Positions 39,717-48,387 of a DNA stretch of 64,000 nt are shown here, piece by piece. The DNA comes from an uncultured Alphaproteobacteria bacterium (GTDB lineage Bacteria; Pseudomonadota; Alphaproteobacteria; Rs-D84). The stretch is taken from positions 8,936 through 72,935 of the forward strand of contig CATOOF010000001.1 of assembly GCA_951801825.1 (NCBI GenBank), written 5' to 3'. Every line of letters starts with the position of its first letter. Positions within the stretch are counted from its first letter, which is position 1. The position numbers and the translations under genes are program-made. A model generated the notes under the pieces. The model did not search any database, was not told the DNA's origin, and was given only the letters and a program-made list of their open reading frames with translations.

Positions 39717-41030
39717 CTACGGTAGCTTGGGCGACCACGTCGGCTCCAGGCCGTTAACATCCTCTGGCAGCTCGATATCATATATATTCTGACCTGTGAT
39801 ATCAACACTGCGGATATGGCTTATACGCTCCATCCCATCCAGGGCTTTTTCCGTTTCGTAATATACCAGCCGCCGACTGCCCGGCGCCCAGGATGGCGCC
39901 TCCATAAACCAGCCCCCGGCCAAAATCTTTTCATTACGCCCGCGCGGATTCATAATACCGATAAAGAATGTATCATCGGCCATTTTAGTAAATGCAATAA
40001 ACTGGCCGTCCGGCGACCATGCCGGCGTCGCATATCGTCCGTTGCCGTACGTAATACGCTCTTCTACGCCCGTATCCAGGTCCAGAACATGAATCTGCTG
40101 GCGGCCCGACCGGTCGGAATTAAATGCCATCTTTTTACCGTCGGGCGAATAAGACGGACTGGTATTTAGCGAATTGCCAAACGTCAGCTGGCGCAGTGTC
40201 TTATCTTCCATATTATACTCGTATATATGAGTTATTCCGTTTTTGACCAACGACAACGCAATCTTTGTTCCATCCGGCGAGAATCGCGGCGCAAAATTCA
40301 TACCCCCAAACTGGCCCAGTCTGCGGGCGGCCCCAGTATCCAAATCCAGCGTCCAGACCATTGGGTCATCATCGCGATAGGATAAAAATACCACCGTCTG
40401 CATATTAGGCGAGAAATGCGGCGACATAACAAAGGTTTTATCATCCGATAGATATCGCATACCATATCCGTCCTGGTCCATTATGGCCATACGCTTTACG
40501 CGTGCGTCCACAGGACCGGATTCGGCAATAAACACAATCTGGGTATCGAAATATCCTATCTCGCCGGTCAGGCGCTCATATATTGCATCAGCCATTATAT
40601 GCGCCAAACGCCGTACGGATTTTTTAGACGCCACCAGCGACTGGGCCTCTATCTGCTCTTTGCCATTTACATCCCATACATAAAATTCCAGCTTGTATTT
40701 GCCATCCTCCAGCGCCAGCGTCGCCTGAACCAGCACCTGGGCCTTTATCGCCATCCAGGATTTAAAGTTAGGCATTTGGCCCATTTTAACATATTCCGGA
40801 AATGCGTCATGATTTACAATTCGAAACAGTCCGGTGGACTTTAAATCTTTCTCAACCACCTCACGTATCATGGCGGCATCTTTTGTGCTGGCGTTGCCAA
40901 TAACTTCAAACTTTTGAACAGCGACCGGTATCGGCGATGCCGCCCCGGCAACAATATCCACTTTTAGCTCGGCCCGTGCCGTGCCAACAGAAAAAATAAC
41001 CGCAAACGCAATCAGAATTTTTTTCAGCAT
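39717..41030 (-). CDS. tolB: Tol-Pal system beta-propeller protein TolB
   Basis: Signal peptide, N-terminal domain and repeated …FSPDG…/…WSPDG… propeller blades; 437 aa from MLKKILIAF. Confidence 0.9.
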   Translation of the reverse strand: MLKKILIAFAVIFSVGTARAELKVDIVAGAASPIPVAVQKFEVIGNASTKDAAMIREVVEKDLKSTGLFRIVNHDAFPEYVKMGQMPNFKSWMAIKAQVLVQATLALEDGKYKLEFYVWDVNGKEQIEAQSLVASKKSVRRLAHIMADAIYERLTGEIGYFDTQIVFIAESGPVDARVKRMAIMDQDGYGMRYLSDDKTFVMSPHFSPNMQTVVFLSYRDDDPMVWTLDLDTGAARRLGQFGGMNFAPRFSPDGTKIALSLVKNGITHIYEYNMEDKTLRQLTFGNSLNTSPSYSPDGKKMAFNSDRSGRQQIHVLDLDTGVEERITYGNGRYATPAWSPDGQFIAFTKMADDTFFIGIMNPRGRNEKILAGGWFMEAPSWAPGSRRLVYYETEKALDGMERISHIRSVDITGQNIYDIELPEDVNGLEPTWSPKLP

Positions 41031-41198
41031 AACGCCCCCTATTCCTTTCAAGACAATTACTTATAAAATATCGGGCTAATTTTATCCGCAATCGGAAAAA
41101 AAAGCAAGCACGCCCCACCCCGCCAAATAAAAAATCCGCGCCCCGCTAACAACACACCCGCCCTCACAACAGTAATTACAACTGCCTCTACATTTGTA

Positions 41199-41226
41199 TT
41201 GACAAGCGCCAATACAATGTTATAGT
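41199..41226 (+). promoter_or_regulatory. candidate sigma70 promoter for the BrnA-like gene
   Basis: TTGACA, 16 nt, TATAGT, 39 nt upstream of the ATG. Confidence 0.4.
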
Positions 41227-41265
41227 CAACTGTAAAGACGCAAGTATTGTAAACCGTATAGAGAA

Positions 41266-41496
41266 TTGCCTATGCCAAACGTTATGCAGCAACTGTTTAT
41301 CATGAACATCGAAAGCCTGTTAAAGGAATACGCCGCATACAAGGCATTTAACAAATCTGACTGCGTTATAAACATGCGCATCCCGCGCCCGATATTGGAT
41401 AAAATAAAAGAACTGGCCGAGGCCCAGCACGTCCCCTATCAGTCGCTGATATCATCCGTATTGTTTTCCCTGGCAAATATCGAGGAACAAAAATAG
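41266..41496 (+). CDS. BrnA-type (DUF4415-like) antitoxin-domain protein, orphan
   Basis: …VINMRIPRPILDKIKELAEAQHVPYQSLISSVL matches the BrnA C-terminal pattern (…iRld.d.l..lk..A...g.gYQtlin..L). No BrnT-like partner is adjacent. Confidence 0.45.
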   Translation: MPMPNVMQQLFIMNIESLLKEYAAYKAFNKSDCVINMRIPRPILDKIKELAEAQHVPYQSLISSVLFSLANIEEQK

Positions 41497-41512
41497 CCCG
41501 CAGAGAGCTTAT

Positions 41513-41538
41513 AAAAACAAATTAAAAAAAGCCCCGCA
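41513..41538. terminator. bidirectional terminator hairpin
   Basis: AAAAAAAGCCCCGC-ATT-GCGGGGC. Confidence 0.55.
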
Positions 41539-41565
41539 TTCGCGGGGCAATATTTCAGAGATTTT

Positions 41566-41913
41566 TTACCAGCCGGTTATAGCACAGCCCAGAACGCCCT
41601 GCTGTACACCCTGTGACATAAAGAACGTCAAAACAGCACCCAAGCCGAACAGCAGAACAAAACCTACCAGCATGCCGGTACCCTTTTTCTGCAGGTCGTC
41701 CATCTTAACCTCGCCTTTAGAGATATAGCCCCAGGCCCAACCGGCGATAACGAACGCCGCACCAACGAATGCCAATGTACGCAAAATATGAAACACGCCC
41801 TGCATCTGCTGAATCAGCTGGCACAGGCCATTCGTACTGGGCGCCGCCATAGCCGGCACCGACACCATTGCGGCGATAATCGCAACATTCAATTTCGTAA
41901 TAATTTTCTTCAT
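41566..41913 (-). CDS. Small secreted membrane protein, VirB2/TrbC-pilin-like (tentative)
   Basis: Start at MKKIITKL (ctcct RBS on + = AGGAG); signal peptide ending AMA; two hydrophobic helices separated by a short polar loop; 115 aa. This topology is characteristic of T4SS pilins. Confidence 0.35.
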   Translation of the reverse strand: MKKIITKLNVAIIAAMVSVPAMAAPSTNGLCQLIQQMQGVFHILRTLAFVGAAFVIAGWAWGYISKGEVKMDDLQKKGTGMLVGFVLLFGLGAVLTFFMSQGVQQGVLGCAITGW

Positions 41914-42025
41914 TAGAAATCTCCTTATATATTCTACTAACGGTTGAATTATATCACAAAAAAAGCCACGCTCCAAATAAAAAACAGGCGCATATCGCGC
42001 CTGCATAAAATTGTCCGGAAACAAA

Positions 42026-42403
42026 TTACATCGCCGAAACCAGAACATATTTACGAGATACGCTTGTCTGGCATGCATTGCAACGCGGCGCGGCATATAC
42101 AACCGGCGCGCTGTATGTAACCTCGCGCGCGGCCGGCGCCATGATAACGCGGTCGGCACGCGGCGCCTGGCCCGTCATATCACGGTTATACAAGTCCGCA
42201 CAACGTGTATTGCGATACACGATTTTTTTACCAGTATTCATATTGCGAATTTCATTGCTAAAATGATTGCCATATTCGCCTACGTAATAAATGCAGTCTT
42301 CGCCGTCCTGAGTATAGCGAACGTCACCCTTATAATAATCATAGTAAGACGCACACCCCGCCAGGCCCGCCAACGCTACAATAGAAACCAGTACTTTTTT
42401 CAT
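42026..42403 (-). CDS. Hypothetical lipoprotein
   Basis: Lipobox LAGC after MKKVLVSIVALAG; Tyr-rich mature region. Confidence 0.5.
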   Translation of the reverse strand: MKKVLVSIVALAGLAGCASYYDYYKGDVRYTQDGEDCIYYVGEYGNHFSNEIRNMNTGKKIVYRNTRCADLYNRDMTGQAPRADRVIMAPAAREVTYSAPVVYAAPRCNACQTSVSRKYVLVSAM

Positions 42404-42557
42404 ACCATTGTCCTTAGTCTAACAAACTTTTCTCTCGCACTCCGATTCGTTGATACAATTATTGCACAAAAACAAACATTGTCAACAGACAAACAAAAAT
42501 GTACACATCAAATAAATTGTGTTATACTTTTTATCACGTACTTAAAAAGGAAAGGTA

Positions 42558-43502
42558 ATGAACTACAAAGATTTTGGATTAGTTAATACCCGTGCGATGT
42601 TCGCCGACGCGATTGCGCGCCGTTATGCCGTACCGGCGTTTAACTTTTACAACATGGAAACATTGTCGGCAATTCTTGCCGCCGCCACCGAAACACGCAG
42701 CCCGGTTATCTTGGCCGTATCGGAATCGGCGATGAAATACATGGGCGACGATTTGCTGATGGGAATGATTTGGGGTAAAAAATTTAAGCCTGAAAACGGC
42801 GTTGCCCTGCATCTGGACCATGGCGGCAGCTTTGAGGCGTGCGAGCATGCGATAAAGCTGGGCTTTTCCTCTGTCATGATAGACGGCAGCAAACTGTCAT
42901 TCGCAGAAAACGCCGAACTGGCCCGCCGTGTTGCAGACCTGGCCCACAGCCACGATGTATCGGTAGAAGCCGAACTGGGCACCCTGGCCGGAATAGAAGA
43001 CGAAACCACATTCAGCGACACATCCAGCTATACCAACCCAGAAGATGTTATCAAGTTTGTTGGCGACACCGGCATTGATTCCCTGGCAATTGCAATCGGA
43101 ACCAGCCACGGCGCCTACAAACGCAAATCGGACGATGAAAAGCTGCGCTTTGACATTCTGGCGGAAATTGCGCAAAAGCTGCCCCAGTTCCCGCTGGTAC
43201 TGCATGGCGCGTCATCCATCCCCCAGAACTTTGTAAAAACAATAAATGAATTCGGTGGCGACATCGCAGGTGCACGCGGCATCGACCCGACCCAGCTGCG
43301 CCAGGCAACCGAAATGAACATCTGCAAGATAAACGTTGACAGCGATTCCCGCCTGGCGTTTACAGCGGGCGTTCGCAAAAACCTGGCTGAAAAGCCGGCC
43401 GGCTTTAATCCGCGCGACTATCTGGGCGCGGGGCGCAAGCTGATTGTCGAAAACTGTATCGATGAAATCAAAAACATCATGGGCAGCGACAACAAGCTGT
43501 AA
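42558..43502 (+). CDS. fba: Fructose-bisphosphate aldolase, class II
   Basis: …AVPAFNFYNMETL…HLDHGGSFE…LHGASSIP… class II aldolase motifs; 314 aa. Confidence 0.9.
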   Translation: MNYKDFGLVNTRAMFADAIARRYAVPAFNFYNMETLSAILAAATETRSPVILAVSESAMKYMGDDLLMGMIWGKKFKPENGVALHLDHGGSFEACEHAIKLGFSSVMIDGSKLSFAENAELARRVADLAHSHDVSVEAELGTLAGIEDETTFSDTSSYTNPEDVIKFVGDTGIDSLAIAIGTSHGAYKRKSDDEKLRFDILAEIAQKLPQFPLVLHGASSIPQNFVKTINEFGGDIAGARGIDPTQLRQATEMNICKINVDSDSRLAFTAGVRKNLAEKPAGFNPRDYLGAGRKLIVENCIDEIKNIMGSDNKL

Positions 43503-43508
43503 TATAAA

Positions 43509-43531
43509 CGCCCCAAACGGGGCGTTTTTTA
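43509..43531 (+). terminator. rho-independent terminator after fba
   Basis: CGCCCC-AAAC-GGGGCG followed by T6. Confidence 0.7.
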
Positions 43532-43849
43532 TTTTTCTTTCTTATCTGTTTTTTCCTTGCTATCTACGCTCCAATAAATTCCATCGGTCCAGTAATCCAA
43601 ACCAAACATAAATATTTTAAGCAAGAAAGTAGATGGCATTTTCAGCTCGCCCCGCTCGTACTTACGCAGGACCGCCCGCGATATCCCCATTTCTTCGGCC
43701 AGTATTTGCCGCGATACCCCCAACATCTGGCGCGCGCGATACAGCAGCACACTCGGCGGCAGATTACTCGAAAACCTTTTAGCAATAAATGGCGTAACAG
43801 ATATCCGACGCGCCGGATTCGGCGCACGCTTGTTTAGTTGAACATTCAT
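43529..43849 (-). CDS. XRE-family helix-turn-helix transcriptional regulator
   Basis: …LYRARQMLGVSRQILAEEMGISRAVLRKYERGE… HTH_3 motif. Confidence 0.65.
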   Translation of the reverse strand: MNVQLNKRAPNPARRISVTPFIAKRFSSNLPPSVLLYRARQMLGVSRQILAEEMGISRAVLRKYERGELKMPSTFLLKIFMFGLDYWTDGIYWSVDSKEKTDKKEK

Positions 43850-43866
43850 TTTTTCTCTCCATAGTT

Positions 43867-44125
43867 TTTAAGTTATTAAAAACACCGCCCGTGACGAATG
43901 GGCGGTTGGAGGTTCAAAACTATCATAACAATAGCGTTGCTTATTCAATGTATTCGCAACCCTCCAACCGGTTGTGGAGTAATAAAGTGTTATGAGAGGT
44001 TTTGAAGCCCCACACCGGATGTCACCCGATGCGTTATGAATTGTAGCATAAAACTTGGAAAAAGCAAATATTAACTATAACGCCGGCAACGTAGTGTACA
44101 AGACGTACATGAGTTGCCGGCGTTT
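43867..44125 (-). other. structured intergenic element / candidate sRNA or structured efp 3'UTR
   Basis: Minus-strand order: 12-bp perfect hairpin AACGCCGGCAAC…GTTGCCGGCGTT (44079-44125); long-range IR GGTTGGAGG (43894-43902) with CCTCCAACC (43962-43970); terminator CCGCCC-loop-GGGCGG followed by T5 (43867-43895). Confidence 0.35.
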
Positions 44126-44141
44126 GACATAGATGCGTTAT

Positions 44142-44711
44142 TTATTTAGCGCGCTCTACATACTCTAAGGTTTCTGTGTTAACAACGATTTTTTCACCGG
44201 CGTTAACAAACAGCGGCACCTGAACACGAACACCATTGTCAAGAACGGCCGGCTTGCCGCCGCTCGACGATGCCGTCTGACCCTTCAGTGCGGGCTCTGT
44301 TTCCTCTACCGTGGCAATAACCGTTTTAGGCAATGAAATAGACACCGGATGTCCTTCGACAAAGTTTGCCTTTACCGTCATTTCCGGGGCCAAAAACTTC
44401 ATCATATCCCCCAGGGAATCTACCGGCATCGTAAACTGCTCGTAATCGGACAGGTTCATGAAAAACGCATCGCTGCCGTCGGCATACAAATACTGGCAGT
44501 CAAAATCTTCGACCATCAGTTTTTCAACCTTATCCTCCGAGCGCCAGCGGTCCCCGCCCTTGTTGCCTGAATCGATATCACGCAGGTCGGCCTGAACAAA
44601 CGCGCCGCCCTTGCCCGGCTTTACCTTTGTAATCGATGTAACGGAATAGCGACGGCCGTTATGGGAAATAACCCAGCCAACACGCATATCATTTGCAACA
44701 TATGATGCCAT
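44142..44711 (-). CDS. efp: Elongation factor P
   Basis: 189 aa, …VKPGKGGAFVQADLRDIDSGNK… EF-P signature. Confidence 0.93.
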   Translation of the reverse strand: MASYVANDMRVGWVISHNGRRYSVTSITKVKPGKGGAFVQADLRDIDSGNKGGDRWRSEDKVEKLMVEDFDCQYLYADGSDAFFMNLSDYEQFTMPVDSLGDMMKFLAPEMTVKANFVEGHPVSISLPKTVIATVEETEPALKGQTASSSGGKPAVLDNGVRVQVPLFVNAGEKIVVNTETLEYVERAK

Positions 44712-44728
44712 AGTAGTACCTCTTGTTT

Positions 44729-45268
44729 TTAGTTTTTGCCATGGGCTTTGTTATAGCGCTCAATCGAGTCCATAATGATTTTATCTGCCGCATCACGGTC
44801 GGCCCAGCCTGCAATCTTCGACCAGGAATTAGGCTCCAAATCCTTGTAATGCTGAAAGAAATATTCAATCTTGTGCATCATGATTTTCGGCAGTTCGTTC
44901 ATATAAGACACGTTTTCATAATACGGGTCAATGCGGTCACGCGGAACGCAGATAATTTTTTCATCACCGCCCGCCTGGTCTTCCATCAGCAAGGCGCCAA
45001 TCGGATGAACATCAATCATAACACCCGGACGCAGCGGCGCATTACATACAACCACACAATCCAGCGGGTCACCATCATCGCCCAATGTTCCCGGAAAATA
45101 ACCATAGTTCGCAGGATACGCAACCGGCGTATGCAAGATACGGTCCACACGCAACAGGCCTGTTTCCTTGTCAATTTCATACTTTACATAACCGTTTTCC
45201 GGAACCTCGATAATCGCGGTCATTTTTTTCGGCGGCATTTTGCCCGGTTTCAATTCTTCTAACGACAT
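44729..45268 (-). CDS. ppa: Inorganic pyrophosphatase (family I)
   Basis: …AIIEVPENGYVKYEID…DGDPLDCVV… PPase motifs. Confidence 0.93.
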   Translation of the reverse strand: MSLEELKPGKMPPKKMTAIIEVPENGYVKYEIDKETGLLRVDRILHTPVAYPANYGYFPGTLGDDGDPLDCVVVCNAPLRPGVMIDVHPIGALLMEDQAGGDEKIICVPRDRIDPYYENVSYMNELPKIMMHKIEYFFQHYKDLEPNSWSKIAGWADRDAADKIIMDSIERYNKAHGKN

Positions 45269-45327
45269 ATATTTACCCTCTTTTTACCGCCGACAGCTTA
45301 GCATATTTTTTTGATTTTGCAATGTAT

Positions 45328-46295
45328 TTATTGCCCGCCGTCATTCTCTTTTTTCAAAAGCCTTGCATATTTATCCATTGAATTGTCGTATACGTCGTTA
45401 GTATCAAACTTATCAAAATCGGCGCGCGTGTATCGAACATAGCCACTCCCCCAGAATGCATCGCCCTTTGTATGTTTTTCCTGGGAATCCTGCCATGACT
45501 TGCATCGATAGTGATTTATACGGATTATATCCTGCGACAGGCCGGGGATAACATTGCTGGGGGTGACGGCGTGGCCGCGCTCGTCAACACTGCGCCAGAT
45601 TACGTCGAAAACGTGTGGCGACCGACACCCAACGACCATGCGCGGATTTACGATTATTTTGTTTGCCTCACCCGAATTATCCCGTTGACGATACTTATAG
45701 TTTTCAATAACCAACCCTGCGGGCCGCGTCACATGCCCCGCCGACCCATACAGGCACCACCTAATAAAAATCTGGGCCGTACGCTGTGGAATACGGCGCA
45801 GAAAATCTGGAATCGTACAATCTTTCACCGGCATTATAAACTCGTCCAAATCAATGACCGCCAGCCAACGCGCCTCGGCCGCGGCGCGACGAACAGCGGC
45901 ATAGTTTACCCGGTTTTGAACCCCCTCACCCCGGACATAATGATACTCGACCACCCCGGCGTCGATATAAGGTTTTAAAATCTCAAAGGTGTTGTCGGTT
46001 GACTCGTTGTCAAATATATAAAATTTTTCAACCCCGACCAGTCGATGATAATCTATCCATTCTTTAAAATAACGACCTTCGTTTCGCGCTACCGCGCTAA
46101 CTGTCAGAAAATACTTATTTTTACCCCCCCCCCCGCAACTATTGTCCGAGCGGCGGAAAATATGCCGAATTTTATTATATTGCGCACACGATTACGGATC
46201 ATGCGACATGGCACAATACCAGATACCATACCGGCGACAAATTTACGTCCCTTGGATATCTTTTTCTCGTTATGTGTTATGTCAATTTTAATCAT
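45328..46295 (-). CDS. Glycosyltransferase (GT2/GT92-like), split over two frames at a poly-G tract
   Basis: Frame A (GTG at 45954 and open upstream to 46191) encodes …KNKYFLTVSAVARNEGRYFKEWIDYHRLVGVEKFYIFDNESTDNTFEILKPYIDAG…IDLDEF… (GT-A fold, DxD). The only ATG-initiated N-terminus (46295) is in frame +1 and terminates 18 nt after the G11 tract. Confidence 0.65.
46124..46134 (-). repeat. homopolymeric G11 (C11 on + strand) tract in the 5' end of the glycosyltransferase gene
   Basis: ttacccccccccccgcaa read directly. Confidence 0.9.
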
Positions 46296-46356
46296 ATCAT
46301 ATATCCATATTAAAAAAATGCATCCCGCACATGGCGGGATTTTTTTCGCAACACTT

Positions 46357-47475
46357 TTACATGCGCATCGGCATCAAAATAAACAATGCGTCAGTATTCT
46401 TGTCCGTTGACTTGATAATTGTCGGCGACAACGGGTCCTGCATTTCCATTTGGAACTTTTCGCCTTCTACCTGGCCGGCGACATCCAACAGGAACTTTAC
46501 ATTAAATGTAACCGTAAATGATGCATCGCTGTTGTATTCGATATCCAATTCCTGGGTCGCGGTACCGGCATCGGGACTGGACGCGTTCACAACCAGCTTG
46601 TTCATAGAGTAAGTCAGCTGAACCGATTTTGTTTTATCAACACTCGCAACCGATACCAGGTCGACCGCGTTAACAAACTGCTTTCTGTCCAGAATTGCAA
46701 TCTTGTCATTGCCCTTTGGTATAACAACGCGATAATTCGGATACTGGGCATCGACCAACTTGCTGGTCAGGGTTGCAGCACCAACGGTAAAGCGTGCCTT
46801 GGTATCGGACAGTTCAACCATACAGTCGTCAACGGTCGCATCCTCCAACAATTTTGACAGTTCGCCAATAACGCGACGTGGCAAAATAACGGCCGGCATA
46901 TCCGCGCTGCCCTCTGGGGCGGGCATCGCACACAGTGCCATACGCTGCGCATCGGTCGCAACCGCCGTCAGCATTTTTTCCTTGCCCTCGTCCGAGATGT
47001 GGAAGTAAATACCCCCCAGATGATAGCGAACATCATCCGTCGGGATTGCAAATTTTGTCTGATTAATCAGATGCGCCAGGTCGCCCGTCGTCATCTGGAA
47101 CTTGGTCGTCAGATTGCTGCCCGCCATGGCCGGAAAGTTTTCCGCCGGCAATGTTGGCAAACGAAATACCGCACGTCCGCTGGATACGACCAACTGGTCG
47201 CCGGACTGTTTAAAGTTAATCTCTGCATCATCGGGCAACTTGCGAACAATATCATACAGCATCTGAACCGGAACAGTGATTTTTCCACCCAGTGTGATGT
47301 CGGCGGCCACATGCTCTACCAGTTCCAGGTCAACGTTTGTCGCAGACAGAACTAAATCATCCGCCACCTCCAGCTTTACATTCATCAATATCGGCAGGGT
47401 CGCACGCTTTTCCACAATGGACTGCATATGCCCCAGCGCACGTATCAAAACCTGACGAAATACCGAAAATTCCAT
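46357..47475 (-). CDS. dnaN: DNA polymerase III beta sliding clamp
   Basis: 372 aa, three-domain clamp; MEFSVFRQVLIRAL…. Confidence 0.9.
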   Translation of the reverse strand: MEFSVFRQVLIRALGHMQSIVEKRATLPILMNVKLEVADDLVLSATNVDLELVEHVAADITLGGKITVPVQMLYDIVRKLPDDAEINFKQSGDQLVVSSGRAVFRLPTLPAENFPAMAGSNLTTKFQMTTGDLAHLINQTKFAIPTDDVRYHLGGIYFHISDEGKEKMLTAVATDAQRMALCAMPAPEGSADMPAVILPRRVIGELSKLLEDATVDDCMVELSDTKARFTVGAATLTSKLVDAQYPNYRVVIPKGNDKIAILDRKQFVNAVDLVSVASVDKTKSVQLTYSMNKLVVNASSPDAGTATQELDIEYNSDASFTVTFNVKFLLDVAGQVEGEKFQMEMQDPLSPTIIKSTDKNTDALFILMPMRM

Positions 47476-47584
47476 ATTATGTGCTCCTGTATATTATAAT
47501 AAGATGCCTACATTCTTGAGACCTAGTTTATCAAAAAACACCGATTCGGTGCAAGACCAAATGCACACCACGTTGCCCCGACAT

Positions 47585-47611
47585 AAAAAGCCCCGCATTC
47601 GGGGCTTTTTC
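47585..47611. terminator. bidirectional terminator between cdaA and dnaN
   Basis: AAAAAGCCCC-GCATTC-GGGGCTTTTT. Confidence 0.65.
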
Positions 47612-48370
47612 CTATTTGTTAAGTACCTTTTCCAGCTTTGCTCGCAATTTTTTCATATCATCATACTTGGTAAACTTACCCTTTTCAGCGATTGATATGT
47701 CGCCCGATTCTTCTGATACGACCAAAACGGTGGCACTCGACTGCTCTGACAGCCCCAGCGCCGCACGATGACGCGTTCCATATTTCCAGTTCAGGTTGTT
47801 CTGTGACAGTGGCAAAATCCCGCCGGCCGACGCGATACGCCCATTTTCAATAATCACGGCCCCATCGTGCAACGGTGTCTTGTTAAAAAATATGGTCAAC
47901 AGTAATTCACTCGATATCACAGCGTCTATTGTCACGCCTTTTTTATCAATGGCGCTTTCGTCTAGCATGCTGGGGAATACAATCAATGCGCCGGTATGCT
48001 TTGCCGACATATATTCAACCGCCGATACTATCGCATCCAGTGAGCGCGTATCCTTTTGCCGCACGCCGCCGCGACGCAACAGGCGCCCCCATCCCTGGAC
48101 ATTGCCCAACAGCGCCATAAACTTGCGCAGTTCGGGCTGAAAAATAACAACCAACCCCAGCGACAGGAACAGCGCGGTCCAATGCAAAAACGCCCCCAGC
48201 AAATCAAGATGCGCCCACGACATCACAAAACTGGCAATCCACAGCACCGCCAGCCCCAGCAGTCCGCGGACCAGTTTTTCCGACTGCGTATTCTGTATAA
48301 AGCTTCGATAAAATAACAGCACCATCGCTGCAATTATAACAATCTGAATAAATCCAACCCAGTTAAACAT
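47612..48370 (-). CDS. cdaA: Diadenylate cyclase CdaA (c-di-AMP synthase)
   Basis: 3 N-terminal TM helices and a DAC domain with …LHDGAVII…, …GTRHRAALGLSEQSSATVLVVSEESGDISIA…. Confidence 0.85.
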   Translation of the reverse strand: MFNWVGFIQIVIIAAMVLLFYRSFIQNTQSEKLVRGLLGLAVLWIASFVMSWAHLDLLGAFLHWTALFLSLGLVVIFQPELRKFMALLGNVQGWGRLLRRGGVRQKDTRSLDAIVSAVEYMSAKHTGALIVFPSMLDESAIDKKGVTIDAVISSELLLTIFFNKTPLHDGAVIIENGRIASAGGILPLSQNNLNWKYGTRHRAALGLSEQSSATVLVVSEESGDISIAEKGKFTKYDDMKKLRAKLEKVLNK

Positions 48371-48387
48371 GTTTATCGCCCTCTTGT

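Noticed and set aside
45511-45978. 155-aa + strand ORF
   Set aside because: Antisense to the glycosyltransferase gene.
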